From contig LSRY02000031.1 in the NCBI GenBank assembly GCA_001643675.2, forward strand, positions 124,001-188,000: a stretch of 64,000 bases of DNA. Reading direction: 5' to 3'. This document shows positions 11,801 to 21,600 of this stretch, piece after piece. This stretch comes from Monocercomonoides exilis PA203. Taxonomy: Eukaryota; Protista; Preaxostyla. The position numbers and the translations under genes were made by a program. The notes under the pieces are model-generated. The model saw only the letters and a program-made list of their open reading frames with translations, was not told the DNA's origin and made no database searches. The first letter of the stretch is position 1. Each line of letters starts with the position of its first letter.

Positions 11801-12081
11801 TCGCTAGGCCTTCCTGAACCCACTTTGCGCATTCTTCTTCCTCCTGCTTGGTGCCACGGAAGCCTCTCCCAGCATCCACCTCCTTCTTCAAGCGATCTCT
11901 TGCACACTTCCCCCTCCAGATTGGTTTGATTCCTTCTCGTATAACGCTGTGTACACCCAATGAATCCCATTCTTCCGCGGCCAGCTGAGTCCGCCCTCCT
12001 ACAACTTTCTCCTCCAAGCTCCCGGTGCTCTGGGTGGGCGGGCAACTCTCTGTGACGTTCTGCTTGACCTTCCTTCTGCAC
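8860..12081 (-). CDS. DIRS tyrosine recombinase ORF; YR domain in the C-terminal ~400 aa; N-terminal part overlaps pol in another frame; first ATG at 11970
   Basis: Motifs LFTACRFHEL (R), HLKTS (K), ICPARA, YTIKHAAIS (HxxR position) and PTRSYF (Tyr). Confidence 0.85.
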   Translation of the reverse strand: MQKEGQAERHRELPAHPEHRELGGESCRRADSAGRGRMGFIGCTQRYTRRNQTNLEGEVCKRSLEEGGGCWERLPWHQAGGRRMRKVGSGRPSDEDPGSASSRFSKMSQHAVFRQEEERQIQADIGLQTSQQRSERNTLQDGRSQDSGEVTSKRGLRYNNRFVTGVLSNSCSPFFHSLSCIHSQRQNIRLQRDALRLQGRATHFHTFDEEGRTRNTTQMGAALPSLFGRHRTAASRPEQASESNEGDNRMAWKAWTVGQLRQEQAAAETDIRLSRMDMEDEERYSQLGAGEMQVLEEGVQTVDETCKEKLRGQDQELCIVCRSHQRHTVRHQRRFASNEQIIQGSQQSSEEGRMEYDDESQPLDHQADSWMEDETEREGGKTLDIVCNSRRDVDNRCFTSGLWCNPPNRQLSVPLSPTFQQGFYQPILQLQGDVGCLNGPQALPSPYPGAPHTHNPAKIRQHDGGLRHQSLGSGSESSLSSEENPKDDNRMEHSDEGCSPTGNKEHDSRRTLKATARWRLRNHKRSIKRAGTSVGSYSRTGRLCKRHKQESNDLVWTRKSRAGGRTSSRLERSGDASSSTSPSDSSLPQEDTGRTRESSDSSSSLEVPGLDTSSERDDDILLEMERFEENTEGRPRNEEVGSITPTGTLLSSKTQLVAQRGEQWWISSLQKCGVPQSLIAETKNSVSPSTWTADTFGFAHFGQIWTEENCGEFPSDFGEWCRRCAMLFVKLKEKKFPYTCLCATRSAVSLFSRQSYGEDIGQIPIIKTIFRSFHRSHVPRRPFTYMWSPSLVFDYYNSRPCNTDLSFFELSVKCILLCVLFTACRFHELELLFMSKSIFNNDAIHIYTHLKTSIPPSYLTIPFLSETDERICPARAVDCLWERVRRTYESRDTFLLNTNHHTPLKTSGIRRQARLGMTQVGIPQEFRPYTIKHAAISALTLKGIPEVLIARHARLSPTAHTPTRSYFRTNLASSMAHALIAPQQENQTSLTRFSPSSAPQLAPPPTASPPGLTTCLPTNITFQQQPPPELTKDLNTRDPNPQTEEMTKDCSRFELTTIRTIQTSEIRHIQADR
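10047..12017 (-). CDS. DIRS pol: reverse transcriptase, RNase H and DNA N6-adenine methyltransferase-like domain
   Basis: RT motifs FFVKKKNGKYRQILDCRPLN, IDLSQAF, MPFG and YLDD. RNase H motifs TDAS, EMLAV, SDNTT and ADALSR. MT-like segment DAFANATN...DGLQADW...VHPP...ILLPAW. Confidence 0.95.
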   Translation of the reverse strand: MEEKVVGGRTQLAAEEWDSLGVHSVIREGIKPIWRGKCARDRLKKEVDAGRGFRGTKQEEEECAKWVQEGLATRILVQLPPGSARCLNTLFFVKKKNGKYRQILDCRPLNSAVKETHFKMEDHRTLEKLLQKEDYATTIDLSQAFFLIPVHPSFIPFLAFTLRDKTYAFRGMPFGYKDAPRIFTRLMRKVAQEIRHRWGLRCLAYLDDIVLLHQDRNKLQKAMKEITAWLGRLGLLVNFDKSRLQPRQTFDYLGWTWRTKRGTVSLERERCRSLRKECKRWMRLARRNSEVKTKSFASFVGLISATRFAIRDASLQMNRLYRALNRAVKKEGWNTTMRVNPSIIKQIHGWKTRLREKEERPWISFAIPDATLTTDASPRACGATLRIGSSLFHFHQPFNKAFISQSSNFKEMLAVLMALKHFLPLILGRHIHTILLRSDNTTVVYDINRWAAGANLLSLLRKIRKTITEWNIQMKAVHLPGTKNTTADALSRLQRAGDYEITNGALKELEHQLDLTVEQDAFANATNRKAMTWFGPGSPELEDGLQADWKGAVTLVHPPVPLILPCLKKIQEEHARAVILLPAWRFQVWTPLLREMTTSYLRWSDSRKILRAGPGMKRSGASLPPGPYLAARLNWWHKEVNSGGSAAYRNAEFLNH

Positions 12082-12787
12082 GTATGCCTCCTTGGGAGGT
12101 CGGGTTCCGAAAAGACTGAGTTCTTGTGCGTTGTGCTCTGATGATTGCCTCTCTTCTTGTTTTCCTTGCTTCTAGTAATGGTGTGATCTTTGCCAGTTTG
12201 TCGCTGGAAACGAGGGGGTCTTCCTGGTCTTCTCTGAGAGCGCGGGCCGCATCAAACCCAAACTCGGCTTGAATTCTTGTGTGGCGTGCCTCCTGGAGCG
12301 CTGCAACAATAAGAAGCATTGCGTCTGATGTCCTCTCTTTCCTGGCTTCACCTTCTAGGCGAGACATGATCAAGGCCTTTAATGCGGGGATTAGATATCT
12401 TTCCACTCTGTAGCCGCTGGAATCGAGCGCGTCCTTTTGCCAATTTGATGATCTTGCATGAGGGTGAGTTCTGGCTGGGATAAATGGTGTGCAAGCCATG
12501 GATTCATAATGTTCAACTGTTGTCGCTACGTCTGCGGAATCCATGTGGAGATCAAATACAGAAGAATTGATGTTATCGTTAAATAAGGCGGCACAAAGCG
12601 AAGAAAAAGACGGAGCTTGGTTATCTGTCAAATCTGTCGGAGCTGGTTGTGAGGTCGCTGGGAATTGGTCGGAAGCAAGTGAACTGCTTGAGGGGGTAGG
12701 CTGAGATAAGCCCACGCCGCCCGTTGATCCGCCGAGGGTAAAAATACCGCTCAGTCCCGATGCAGGTCCAGCAGTCGATACTTCCAT
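11999..12787 (-). CDS. DIRS ORF1 (gag-like)
   Basis: The first ATG after the 5' ITR is at 12787. The ORF occupies the gag position and has a basic C-terminus. The upstream extension of the track ORF (to 12946) runs through the ITR and beyond the element. Confidence 0.75.
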   Translation of the reverse strand: MEVSTAGPASGLSGIFTLGGSTGGVGLSQPTPSSSSLASDQFPATSQPAPTDLTDNQAPSFSSLCAALFNDNINSSVFDLHMDSADVATTVEHYESMACTPFIPARTHPHARSSNWQKDALDSSGYRVERYLIPALKALIMSRLEGEARKERTSDAMLLIVAALQEARHTRIQAEFGFDAARALREDQEDPLVSSDKLAKITPLLEARKTRREAIIRAQRTRTQSFRNPTSQGGIRAEGRSSRTSQRVARPPRAPGAWRRKL

Positions 12788-12797
12788 GTCAAAGATC

Positions 12798-12897
12798 TGG
12801 TAAGCGACAGAGCCCTTAATATAGGCTCCTACTCCCATAACAAGAGGTGTTTTAGTTGATCGTTTGTTCTGGAGAATTAAGGTACTCTGTACTTTAA
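12798..12897 (-). repeat. DIRS 5' inverted terminal repeat (contains a TATA-like TATATTAA on the element strand)
   Basis: Pairs with 8503-8556 and with ICR 8776-8843. Confidence 0.9.
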
Positions 12898-12969
12898 AGA
12901 AAAGAAAAAATTGGCAATTTAGAAACAAAACAGTGCACCTTTTCATTTTGGTTCTTTTTTAAACTTAAT

Positions 12970-13264
12970 AACCTCCCTGACTTCGTGTGACGTCAGTGAC
13001 TAAGTGACGTCAGTGACTTATCAAAATTCCGATTTTGATGATCACGTCAGTGAAATTTTCATTATGGAAATATTTATGAAAGAATAAAATTTTTTTGGTT
13101 ATTAAGAAAAGGATTTAAAAAATATTAATTAAAATTAAAATTTATGACAAATTTAAAACTATTACCATCTTTTTATGGAATAATTATCTCTGACGTAAAA
13201 TTTTTTTTCACGTCCGTCAAAAATCAAAAGAATCACGCCAGAAGTCAGTAAGTCACACAGGTTT
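12970..13264. repeat. Dispersed repeat (possible MITE) with TGACGTCA palindromes
   Basis: 12978-13048 matches the reverse complement of 54926-54979, and 13195-13263 matches the reverse complement of 46680-46750. Confidence 0.6.
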
Positions 13265-13459
13265 ATGGTTTATTTATTTATTGAAAAAAAAAACATACAT
13301 TTTTTACACTTTTGGTGAAAAAGTCTTTTTTGATCAAGTTTTATAAAAATTAACAAAATATAAAAGAACGAATAAATAAATTTAAAAATATAATGATAAG
13401 AATCATAACTTGTTGAACAAAATAAAATATTTTCGAATAAATTGATAGATATAAAAATA

Positions 13460-13716
13460 TGTGTGATAATTTTTGAAATCCTAACTTTTTTCGGGGTGTT
13501 GGTTTCAAAGATTGTCAGTTTTATAAAAGAAAATATTAAATAAAAAGTGAAAAAGCATGATAATTGTTTTTAAAAACAAATGGTTTTTCGGAATCAAAGA
13601 TTATAATGTATTCAATTAGCCTTTTCACTTTTCAATGTTCATTTGATTTTATTCAAGATCATTTTTCAAACAGAAAATTTTGTTTGAAAAAATATGATTT
13701 CAAAAATAATCACCAA
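13460..13716. mobile_element. ~257-bp MITE, TA-flanked (copy A)
   Basis: About 21-bp imperfect TIRs (TGTGTGATAATTTTTGAAATC / GATTTCAAAAATAATCACCAA) with TA on both sides. A homologous copy lies at 32663-32920 in opposite orientation. Confidence 0.7.
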
Positions 13717-15020
13717 TATATAATGTGTTTATTCTTAATAGTATGCAATGTGTTTTATATTCTTGAAGTTGAAACATCATCACCAAATTCCTGCACCAGC
13801 AGTTCAGTCCACAGATAAAGAAAATGATATTTCAAAAAATGAAGGAGTCACAATAATTAATGATAACAACTTTCATTAACTCTTCTTTTTCTTTTTCTTC
13901 TTCGTTTTGCATTCCCATTCAGCTTCTTTCTTATCCTCCATTCATCTTTCTTCTGTTCTGCTCTGCTTCATCAAAATTCCCCATCTGAAAATATATCCCA
14001 TGTCATCTTCTTTTATCTCCTATATTTTCCTCATTAATCTTTCATTACGCAATTTATCGCTTCTCAAACGAAAAATAGATCTTGTTAAGCTTTTTCTGTG
14101 AATTCGCTTCGTTCATTTTTTATCTTCTCTATGCAGCCAGCTCCCTCTTCCTCAACCACATCTTCATCGCCAGTCTCATCTTTAACAACCTCAGCATATT
14201 CTATTTCACCTCCCCCACAAACACCCTCTCACATAACTCCTTCAACAAGTCCAGCTGTCACATGAGCAACGACATCTTGATTCACAAAAACCAACAAACT
14301 TAATGAATTGAAGGATTTTCTTGATATAAAGATCTGCCAGTTCTGTGTGATCGAAGAGGTGATAAAAAGAAGAAAAAGAGGGAGGAGGAGGAGAAGAAGA
14401 AGAAGAAGATGATGAAGAAGAAGAAGAAGAAGATGAAGAAGAAGAAAAAAAAGAAGAAGAAGAGTTGGGAGAAGAAATAGAAGAAGAAGAAAAAGAAGAA
14501 GAGAAAGAAGGAGAAAGAGGAGGAGGAGAAGAAGAAGAAAAAGAAGAAGAAAAGGAAGAGGTACGGATTCTTAATGAAGGATCATTGCATTTGATGTTTT
14601 AGAGGATGATCGATGAGAATTTATATGGGAGCTTGCGGGAATATCTGGCTGCTGTGACGGTGGTGGGGGCGTTGTTGGAACAGTGTGCCGAGTGTGAGAG
14701 GATTGTGGGGGAGCCAGTTGTGGAAGGGATGTTGCAGCTAGACGGGAAGATAAGCATAAAGTTAATTTTGGAGAGGCTGTTTGAGAGGAGAGAGAAGAGA
14801 AGAGGAGGGTACGGAGGAGGCTGTTTTGCATCAGATGGTGCATTGCTGCATTTTGAAAACAGATCCAACAAAAAGCGATGAAATTTAAAGATGAAATGAC
14901 GGAAACCAAAGTGTGGATTAGATGAATGAACAAACAATTGAGTTTTGTTTTGCAAAAAGAAATCAAATGTTTTTGCAAGATGAAAACATTAACGGACTTG
15001 ACAAAATTGAAAATACATAT

Positions 15021-15456
15021 GGGTCATTATTTTTCATATCGTAACTTTGTTCGAAGAAAGATCTTTTTTTTCATAATTGTGGTATGAGCAATTAAAAGCT
15101 CAAATATGTGTTAATAAGTGAAATGTGAATGAAGTGTGAAGGAATTATTGAAAAATAAGTGAAATTGAGAAAATCTTGAAAATACCATTATAACATTTAA
15201 TTTTTTAGTTTTTATTTATATCAAAATTATGTTGCATAACATCTCCCTTCAAGCTCAGTTATTGAATATTTTTGATTAATATTTGAGTATGATTTAATGA
15301 TTTAACTTTTTTACATGATTGGTATGAACTATCATCAAAAAATGAATGAATGATTGATTTATATAATTTTTAGTGAAATTATGAGGTTTATAAATTTATG
15401 TATTGTTATTTAAAACTTTATTAATGTTATGGACGAACATTTTATTTAGGACGAAT
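15021..15456 (+). repeat. Left 436-bp TIR (duplicated copy)
   Basis: Reverse complement of 23372-23807. Confidence 0.9.
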
Positions 15457-16016
15457 AGTAATGTTTGAGAGATGCAAAATGTGTAGGAAAGTTAATGTTT
15501 TGTTTTTCAAATGTTGTCACAAGTAATTATTTATTTTTTAGGTTTAATCATAATTAATACGTATTATCATTTCGAACATTTTTGATAAAAAATGAAAAGA
15601 AACCGCAATGTTATATTAATCAGTCCTTTTATTTCTCATCAATTTTTGTTTTTTCTTCATTTCAAACATTGGGCTTTATTGTTTCCATTGAAAATGATAT
15701 TATTTTTGAAATTTCCACTTCGTTTTTCACTGAAATAACATTAATTTGTTCAATCTTTGAAGAGATCTTCATGTTTTTGATAAATTCGATAGAAGAACTT
15801 GTAAAACATAACACGTAAATTTGATTTCTTATTAAATATATAATTATCTTTAGCAATTTCATATTTTTCATTTCTATTTCCCAGTGTACAGGTGAAATGA
15901 AGAAAAAGAAAAAACTAAAAAAGTGAAGAAAAATATGTAATATCAATGAAAGCCAAAAAGAATCAGTCTAATTGCAAAGCTTCATTTTTTCACAAACATA
16001 AAGCAAATTTATTGTT

Positions 16017-16402
16017 CTAATTCAGTTTGCTCCAGATGTCTGAAAAGTTAACAAAAAACCTTCCTCCATCGTTTCTTGCTTTGCATTTCTGGAACTCGCA
16101 CATGCTGATTCTGAAACATGTTGAAATCGAATAGGTATTCATCCATCCTCCATAATAATTTTTTGCTGTCCATGCATTGAACGAATTGTTCTCAATCTTG
16201 ATGGAATTTATTGAAACGCAAAAAATTCCTCCACCATCATAATATGCATAGCAATCATTAAATGAACAAAACTTCACTGAAAGTGTTCCTGATGTCTTGC
16301 TATACATGTAAATCGCTCCGCCATTTGAAGTTCCATCTGTGTAAGAATTACTTGTCCCAGTTGTGCTTGACCCATTCCACACACACCAAGTGAATGAATT
16401 CG
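16017..16402 (-). pseudogene. Fragment of a GGA-repeat surface-protein gene (copy 1)
   Basis: Translates to FTWCVWN...GGAIY...CSFNDC...GGGIF...CEFQKCKARNDGG, with an abrupt junction at ~16402. Confidence 0.75.
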
Positions 16403-17842
16403 CCCCATTGTCTGTCTGATTTTGTCTCCCTGGTTTCGACGGATTCCCTTCACTCCCACTGACTGCAACATTCTGAGAGCGATTGCATCTGGCAAATGAG
16501 GTGTTCGAGGCATCCAGGGAAGATGATGAGCTGCTCAGTGAAGGGGCAATGCCCGCATCATAAACTTCTTTGGATCCTTAACTGACACAACCTCAGTTTT
16601 CTGCTTTTGCCTGTCTGAATGCAATTTCTGTTGTGTTTGTCTGATGTTGCTTTGATTTGAGCTGCATTGTTTGTTTTTTGGACGGCAGATGAGTCCTGTC
16701 TGGGCATTTGATTGAAAAACTGTGAATGTGCAAGAGTTTTCGGTAACTGTTGAGGAGAAACTGCATTCAGTGCTTCAGAAAAAGGATGCAATTGAAAAGA
16801 AGAAAGAGAAGTTGTATCTGTTGAAGAAATATGAGATTGAGACTGAGACTGAGACTGAGATTGAACCTGAATTGAAGCTGACATTAAAGAAGAAGAAAAA
16901 AGAAGGTGTTGAAGATGGAGCAAAAGAAGAAGCGAAGGACAAAGAGAAAGAAACAGGCACAGCTTGAGTATTCCGCGGAGGATAATGCGACGACATTGTT
17001 AAAGGATGTGTTGAAGCAGACAATTCATTACTGGACAAACAGGAAGAGAACGAAGAGCTTGTTGGATGTGTCGAGAGACGGACAGCGAACTGAGTGGGAG
17101 TGATATAAGGAGAAGTGCTGGAAAGAGAGCATGCGAAGAGATGTGAAGAGGAAGGAGTGGAAGAAACAGGAGAAGGAGAAGGAGAAGGAAATGGAGACAA
17201 AGAAGGAGAAGGAGAAGGAGACGGTGAAGAAGAGGAAAGACCAGACTAATAATGAGCCGAGGAGAAGTGAAGAGAAGAAGTGGAAGAGGTGGAGGAAGGA
17301 GAGAGAGGAAGCGAGGGATGTTCAATAGATGGGACAGAAGCATCTTGCAGGCGGCTAAATTGCCCTCTCTCTGAATAACTTGTGCTCTGCTGATTTGACA
17401 CTAGCTGCATCAGAAGAAAAAACAGAAGAAGAAGAAGAAGAAGCAGAAGAAAAAGAAGAAATGGCTGAAGGAGAAGAGGCTTGAAGAGAGAAATGAGAAG
17501 CATTTGGAGAAAAGATTGGAGAAGAAGAAGGGGTTGGAGAAGGAAATGATGAAGTTAACGGAGAATGCGGTTTGTCAAATGCAGAAGAAGAAGAAGAAGA
17601 AGAGATTTGAGAAGCGGAAAGGCAGGCGTGAAAGATACTGGATGTGCGGAAGACGGTAAAGCAAAGCCATGCTACATAATTTTACTTGTACTTCCCTTCA
17701 ATCCTCCGTCACCACCACTACCACCACCACCATCAGCAGTATTACCACTTCCGTTGTTGCAATGCTCTCCTGTTCTGCCTCCTCCAGCTCTTCCGTTGGA
17801 AGTGTGCTTGTACACATAATAACTTCTTCATTCTCCTATCGG

Positions 17843-18330
17843 CTACCCCCTCTGCCTGTTTCCGTACCTCGTCACAAACTGATACCCAAAGTGCATCCGC
17901 TCCTTCTTCACCAGTATCGAAAAGCCAGCAATCGTCCTGGAGAATGGATCCAGTAGCAAGAATGCGAGTGAAGTGATGGTGAGTGTCCTGTCCCAGCCAT
18001 CAGCGCAGTGAGCAAGTACATTCCACCCGCCTTGAACTGCTTGTGCGACTTCGAGTGCAGAAAGCAGGAGCACCTGGATGCTCTCCAGCCAGCGTGATAG
18101 CTGTAACAGAGCGTAGAAGACATCGGCATCGATCTCGCGTTGCGCCCACGCCACACACGCAGCACGCATAGAGCACATGCACGTGCTCATGGAATGGAGG
18201 TTGGGGATTGCAAAGTTTCGGCACTCCGCAAAGGGATAGTTTGACTCGGATTCGGATCCGCTGAAGATGAATGACTGGCCCACGGAATTCAGTTTCGGGC
18301 GGAGGTCGAGGATGAGAAGGCGATCTTTGA
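17843..18330 (-). pseudogene. Myotubularin-like phosphatase fragment (copy 1)
   Basis: Motifs LLILDLRP..N, NYP, IPNLHSM, VLAHCADGWDRT (myotubularin CX5R signature) and LLDPFSRTIAGF. Confidence 0.85.
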
Positions 18331-18634
18331 CGGGAGGGGCAGAGGAGAAAGCAACGGGGGAAGAGGTGGTGGTGCTTTAGGTAGTGAGTGGATAAGGAGG
18401 CAATGAAGAGGAAAAAGAAGAAGAGGAAGAAGAGAAAGAAGAGGACGAAGAAGAAAAAGAGGAAGAAAAAGAAGAGGAAGAAGAGGAAGAAGAGTAAGAA
18501 GAGGAAGAAGAGGGGTTATGAAGAGGTGAATGAGAAGAAGAAAGAGAAGAAGAGGAAGAAGAGGAAGAAGAGGAAGACGAAGAATATGAAGAAGAAGAAG
18601 AAGAAGAAGAAGAAGAAGGAAGATGAGGAAGAAA

Positions 18635-21600
18635 GAGAAGAAGAAGAAAAAGAAGAAGAAAAGGAAGAGGTACGGATTCTTAATGAAGGATCATTGCATT
18701 TGATGTTTTAGAGGATGATCGATGAGAATTTATATGGGAGCTTGCGGGAATATCTGGCTGCTGTGACGGTGGTGGGGGCGTTGTTGGAACAGTGTGCCGA
18801 GTGTGAGAGGATTGTGGGGGAGCCAGTTGTGGAAGGGATGTTGCAGCTAGACGGGAAGATAAGCATAAAGTTAATTTTGGAGAGGCTGTTTGAGAGGAGA
18901 GAGAAGAGAAGAGGAGGGTACGGAGGAGGCTGTTTTGCATCAGATGGTGCATTGCTGCATTTTGAAAACAGATCCAACAAAAAGCGATGAAATTTAAAGA
19001 TGAAATGACGGAAACCAAAGTGTGGATTAGATGAATGAACAAACAATTGAGTTTTGTTTTGCAAAAAGAAATCAAATGTTTTTGCAAGATGAAAACATTA
19101 ACGGACTTGACAAAATTGAAAATACATATGGGTCATTATTTTTCATATCGTAACTTTGTTCGAAGAAAGATCTTTTTTTCATAATTGTGGTATGAGCAAT
19201 TAAAAGCTCAAATATGTGTTAATAAGTGAAATGTGAATGAAGTGTGAAGGAATTATTGAAAAATAAGTGAAATTGAGAAAATCTTGAAAATACCATTATA
19301 ACATTTAATTTTTTAGTTTTTATTTATATCAAAATTATGTTGCATAACATCTCCCTTCAAGCTCAGTTATTGAATATTTTTGATTAATATTTGAGTATGA
19401 TTTAATGATTTAACTTTTTTTACATGATTGGTATGAACTATCATCAAAAAATGAATGAATGATTGATTTATATAATTTTTAGTGAAATTATGAGGTTTAT
19501 AAATTTATGTATTGTTATTTAAAACTTTATTAATGTTATGGACGAACATTTTATTTAGGACGAATAGTAATGTTTGAGAGATGCAAAATGTGTAGGAAAG
19601 TTAATGTTTTGTTTTTCAAATGTTGTCACAAGTAATTATTTATTTTTTAGGTTTAATCATAATTAATACGTATTATCATTTCGAACATTTTTGATAAAAA
19701 ATGAAAAGAAACCGCAATGTTATATTAATCAGTCCTTTTATTTCTCATCAATTTTTGTTTTTTCTTCATTTCAAACATTGGGCTTTATTGTTTCCATTGA
19801 AAATGATATTATTTTTGAAATTTCCACTTCGTTTTTCACTGAAATAACATTAATTTGTTCAATCTTTGAAGAGATCTTCATGTTTTTGATAAATTCGATA
19901 GAAGAACTTGTAAAACATAACACGTAAATTTGATTTCTTATTAAATATATAATTATCTTTAGCAATTTCATATTTTTCATTTCTATTTCCCAGTGTACAG
20001 GTGAAATGAAGAAAAAAGAAAAAACTAAAAAAAGTGAAGAAAAATATGTAATATCAATGAAAGCCAAAAAGAATCAGTCTAATTGCAAAGCTTCATTTTT
20101 TCACAAACATAAAGCAAATTTATTGTTCTAATTCAGTTTGCTCCAGATGTCTGAAAAGTTAACAAAAAACCTTCCTCCATCGTTTCTTGCTTTGCATTTC
20201 TGGAACTCGCACATGCTGATTCTGAAACATGTTGAAATCGAATAGGTATTCATCCATCCTCCATAATAATTTTTTGCTGTCCATGCATTGAACGAATTGT
20301 TCTCAATCTTGATGGAATTTATTGAAACGCAAAAAATTCCTCCACCATCATAATATGCATAGCAATCATTAAATGAACAAAACTTCACTGAAAGTGTTCC
20401 TGATGTCTTGCTATACATGTAAATCGCTCCGCCATTTGAAGTTCCATCTGTGTAAGAATTACTTGTCCCAGTTGTGCTTGACCCATTCCACACACACCAA
20501 GTGAATGAATTCGCCCCATTGTCTGTCTGATTTTGTCTCCCTGGTTTCGACGGATTCCCTTCACTCCCACTGACTGCAACATTCTGAGAGCGATTGCATC
20601 TGGCAAATGAGGTGTTCGAGGCATCCAGGGAAGATGATGAGCTGCTCAGTGAAGGGGCAATGCCCGCATCATAAACTTCTTTGGATCCTTAACTGACACA
20701 ACCTCAGTTTTCTGCTTTTGCCTGTCTGAATGCAATTTCTGTTGTGTTTGTCTGATGTTGCTTTGATTTGAGCTGCATTGTTTGTTTTTTGGACGGCAGA
20801 TGAGTCCTGTCTGGGCATTTGATTGAAAAACTGTGAATGTGCAAGAGTTTTCGGTAACTGTTGAGGAGAAACTGCATTCAGTGCTTCAGAAAAAGGATGC
20901 AATTGAAAAGAAGAAAGAGAAGTTGTATCTGTTGAAGAAATATGAGATTGAGACTGAGACTGAGACTGAGATTGAACCTGAATTGAAGCTGACATTAAAG
21001 AAGAAGAAAAAGAAGGTGTTGAAGATGGAGCAAAAGAAGAAGCGAAGGACAAAGAGAAAGAAACAGGCACAGCTTGAGTATTCCGCGGAGGATAATGCGA
21101 CGACATTGTTAAAGGATGTGTTGAAGCAGACAATTCATTACTGGACAAACAGGAAGAGAACGAAGAGCTTGTTGGATGTGTCGAGAGACGGACAGCGAAC
21201 TGAGTGGGAGTGATATAAGGAGAAGTGCTGGAAAGAGAGCATGCGAAGAGATGTGAAGAGGAAGGAGTGGAAGAAACAGGAGAAGGAGAAGGAGAAGGAA
21301 ATGGAGACAAAGAAGGAGAAGGAGAAGGAGACGGTGAAGAAGAGGAAAGACCAGACTAATAATGAGCCGAGGAGAAGTGAAGAGAAGAAGTGGAAGAGGT
21401 GGAGGAAGGAGAGAGAGGAAGCGAGGGATGTTCAATAGATGGGACAGAAGCATCTTGCAGGCGGCTAAATTGCCCTCTCTCTGAATAACTTGTGCTCTGC
21501 TGATTTGACACTAGCTGCATCAGAAGAAAAAACAGAAGAAGAAGAAGAAGAAGCAGAAGAAAAAGAAGAAATGGCTGAAGGAGAAGAGGCTTGAAGAGAG

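Larger units (their letters stand above)
8476..12897 (-). mobile_element. Full-length DIRS-type tyrosine-recombinase retrotransposon (4422 bp)
   Basis: Inverted termini share a perfect 54-bp core (8503-8556 vs 12798-12851). An internal complementary region lies at 8742-8843. gag, RT-RNaseH-MT and YR ORFs are all uninterrupted. GC content is clearly higher than in the flanks, and both ends terminate in TAA (+ strand). Confidence 0.95.
14526..18634 (+). repeat. Tandem duplication, copy 1 (~4.11 kb)
   Basis: Matches 18635-22755 at an offset of 4108-4111; the differences noticed are homopolymer lengths. Confidence 0.95.

Noticed and set aside
12788-12946. N-terminal extension of the gag ORF
   Set aside because: It runs through the ITR and outside the element; ATG 12787 is the plausible start.
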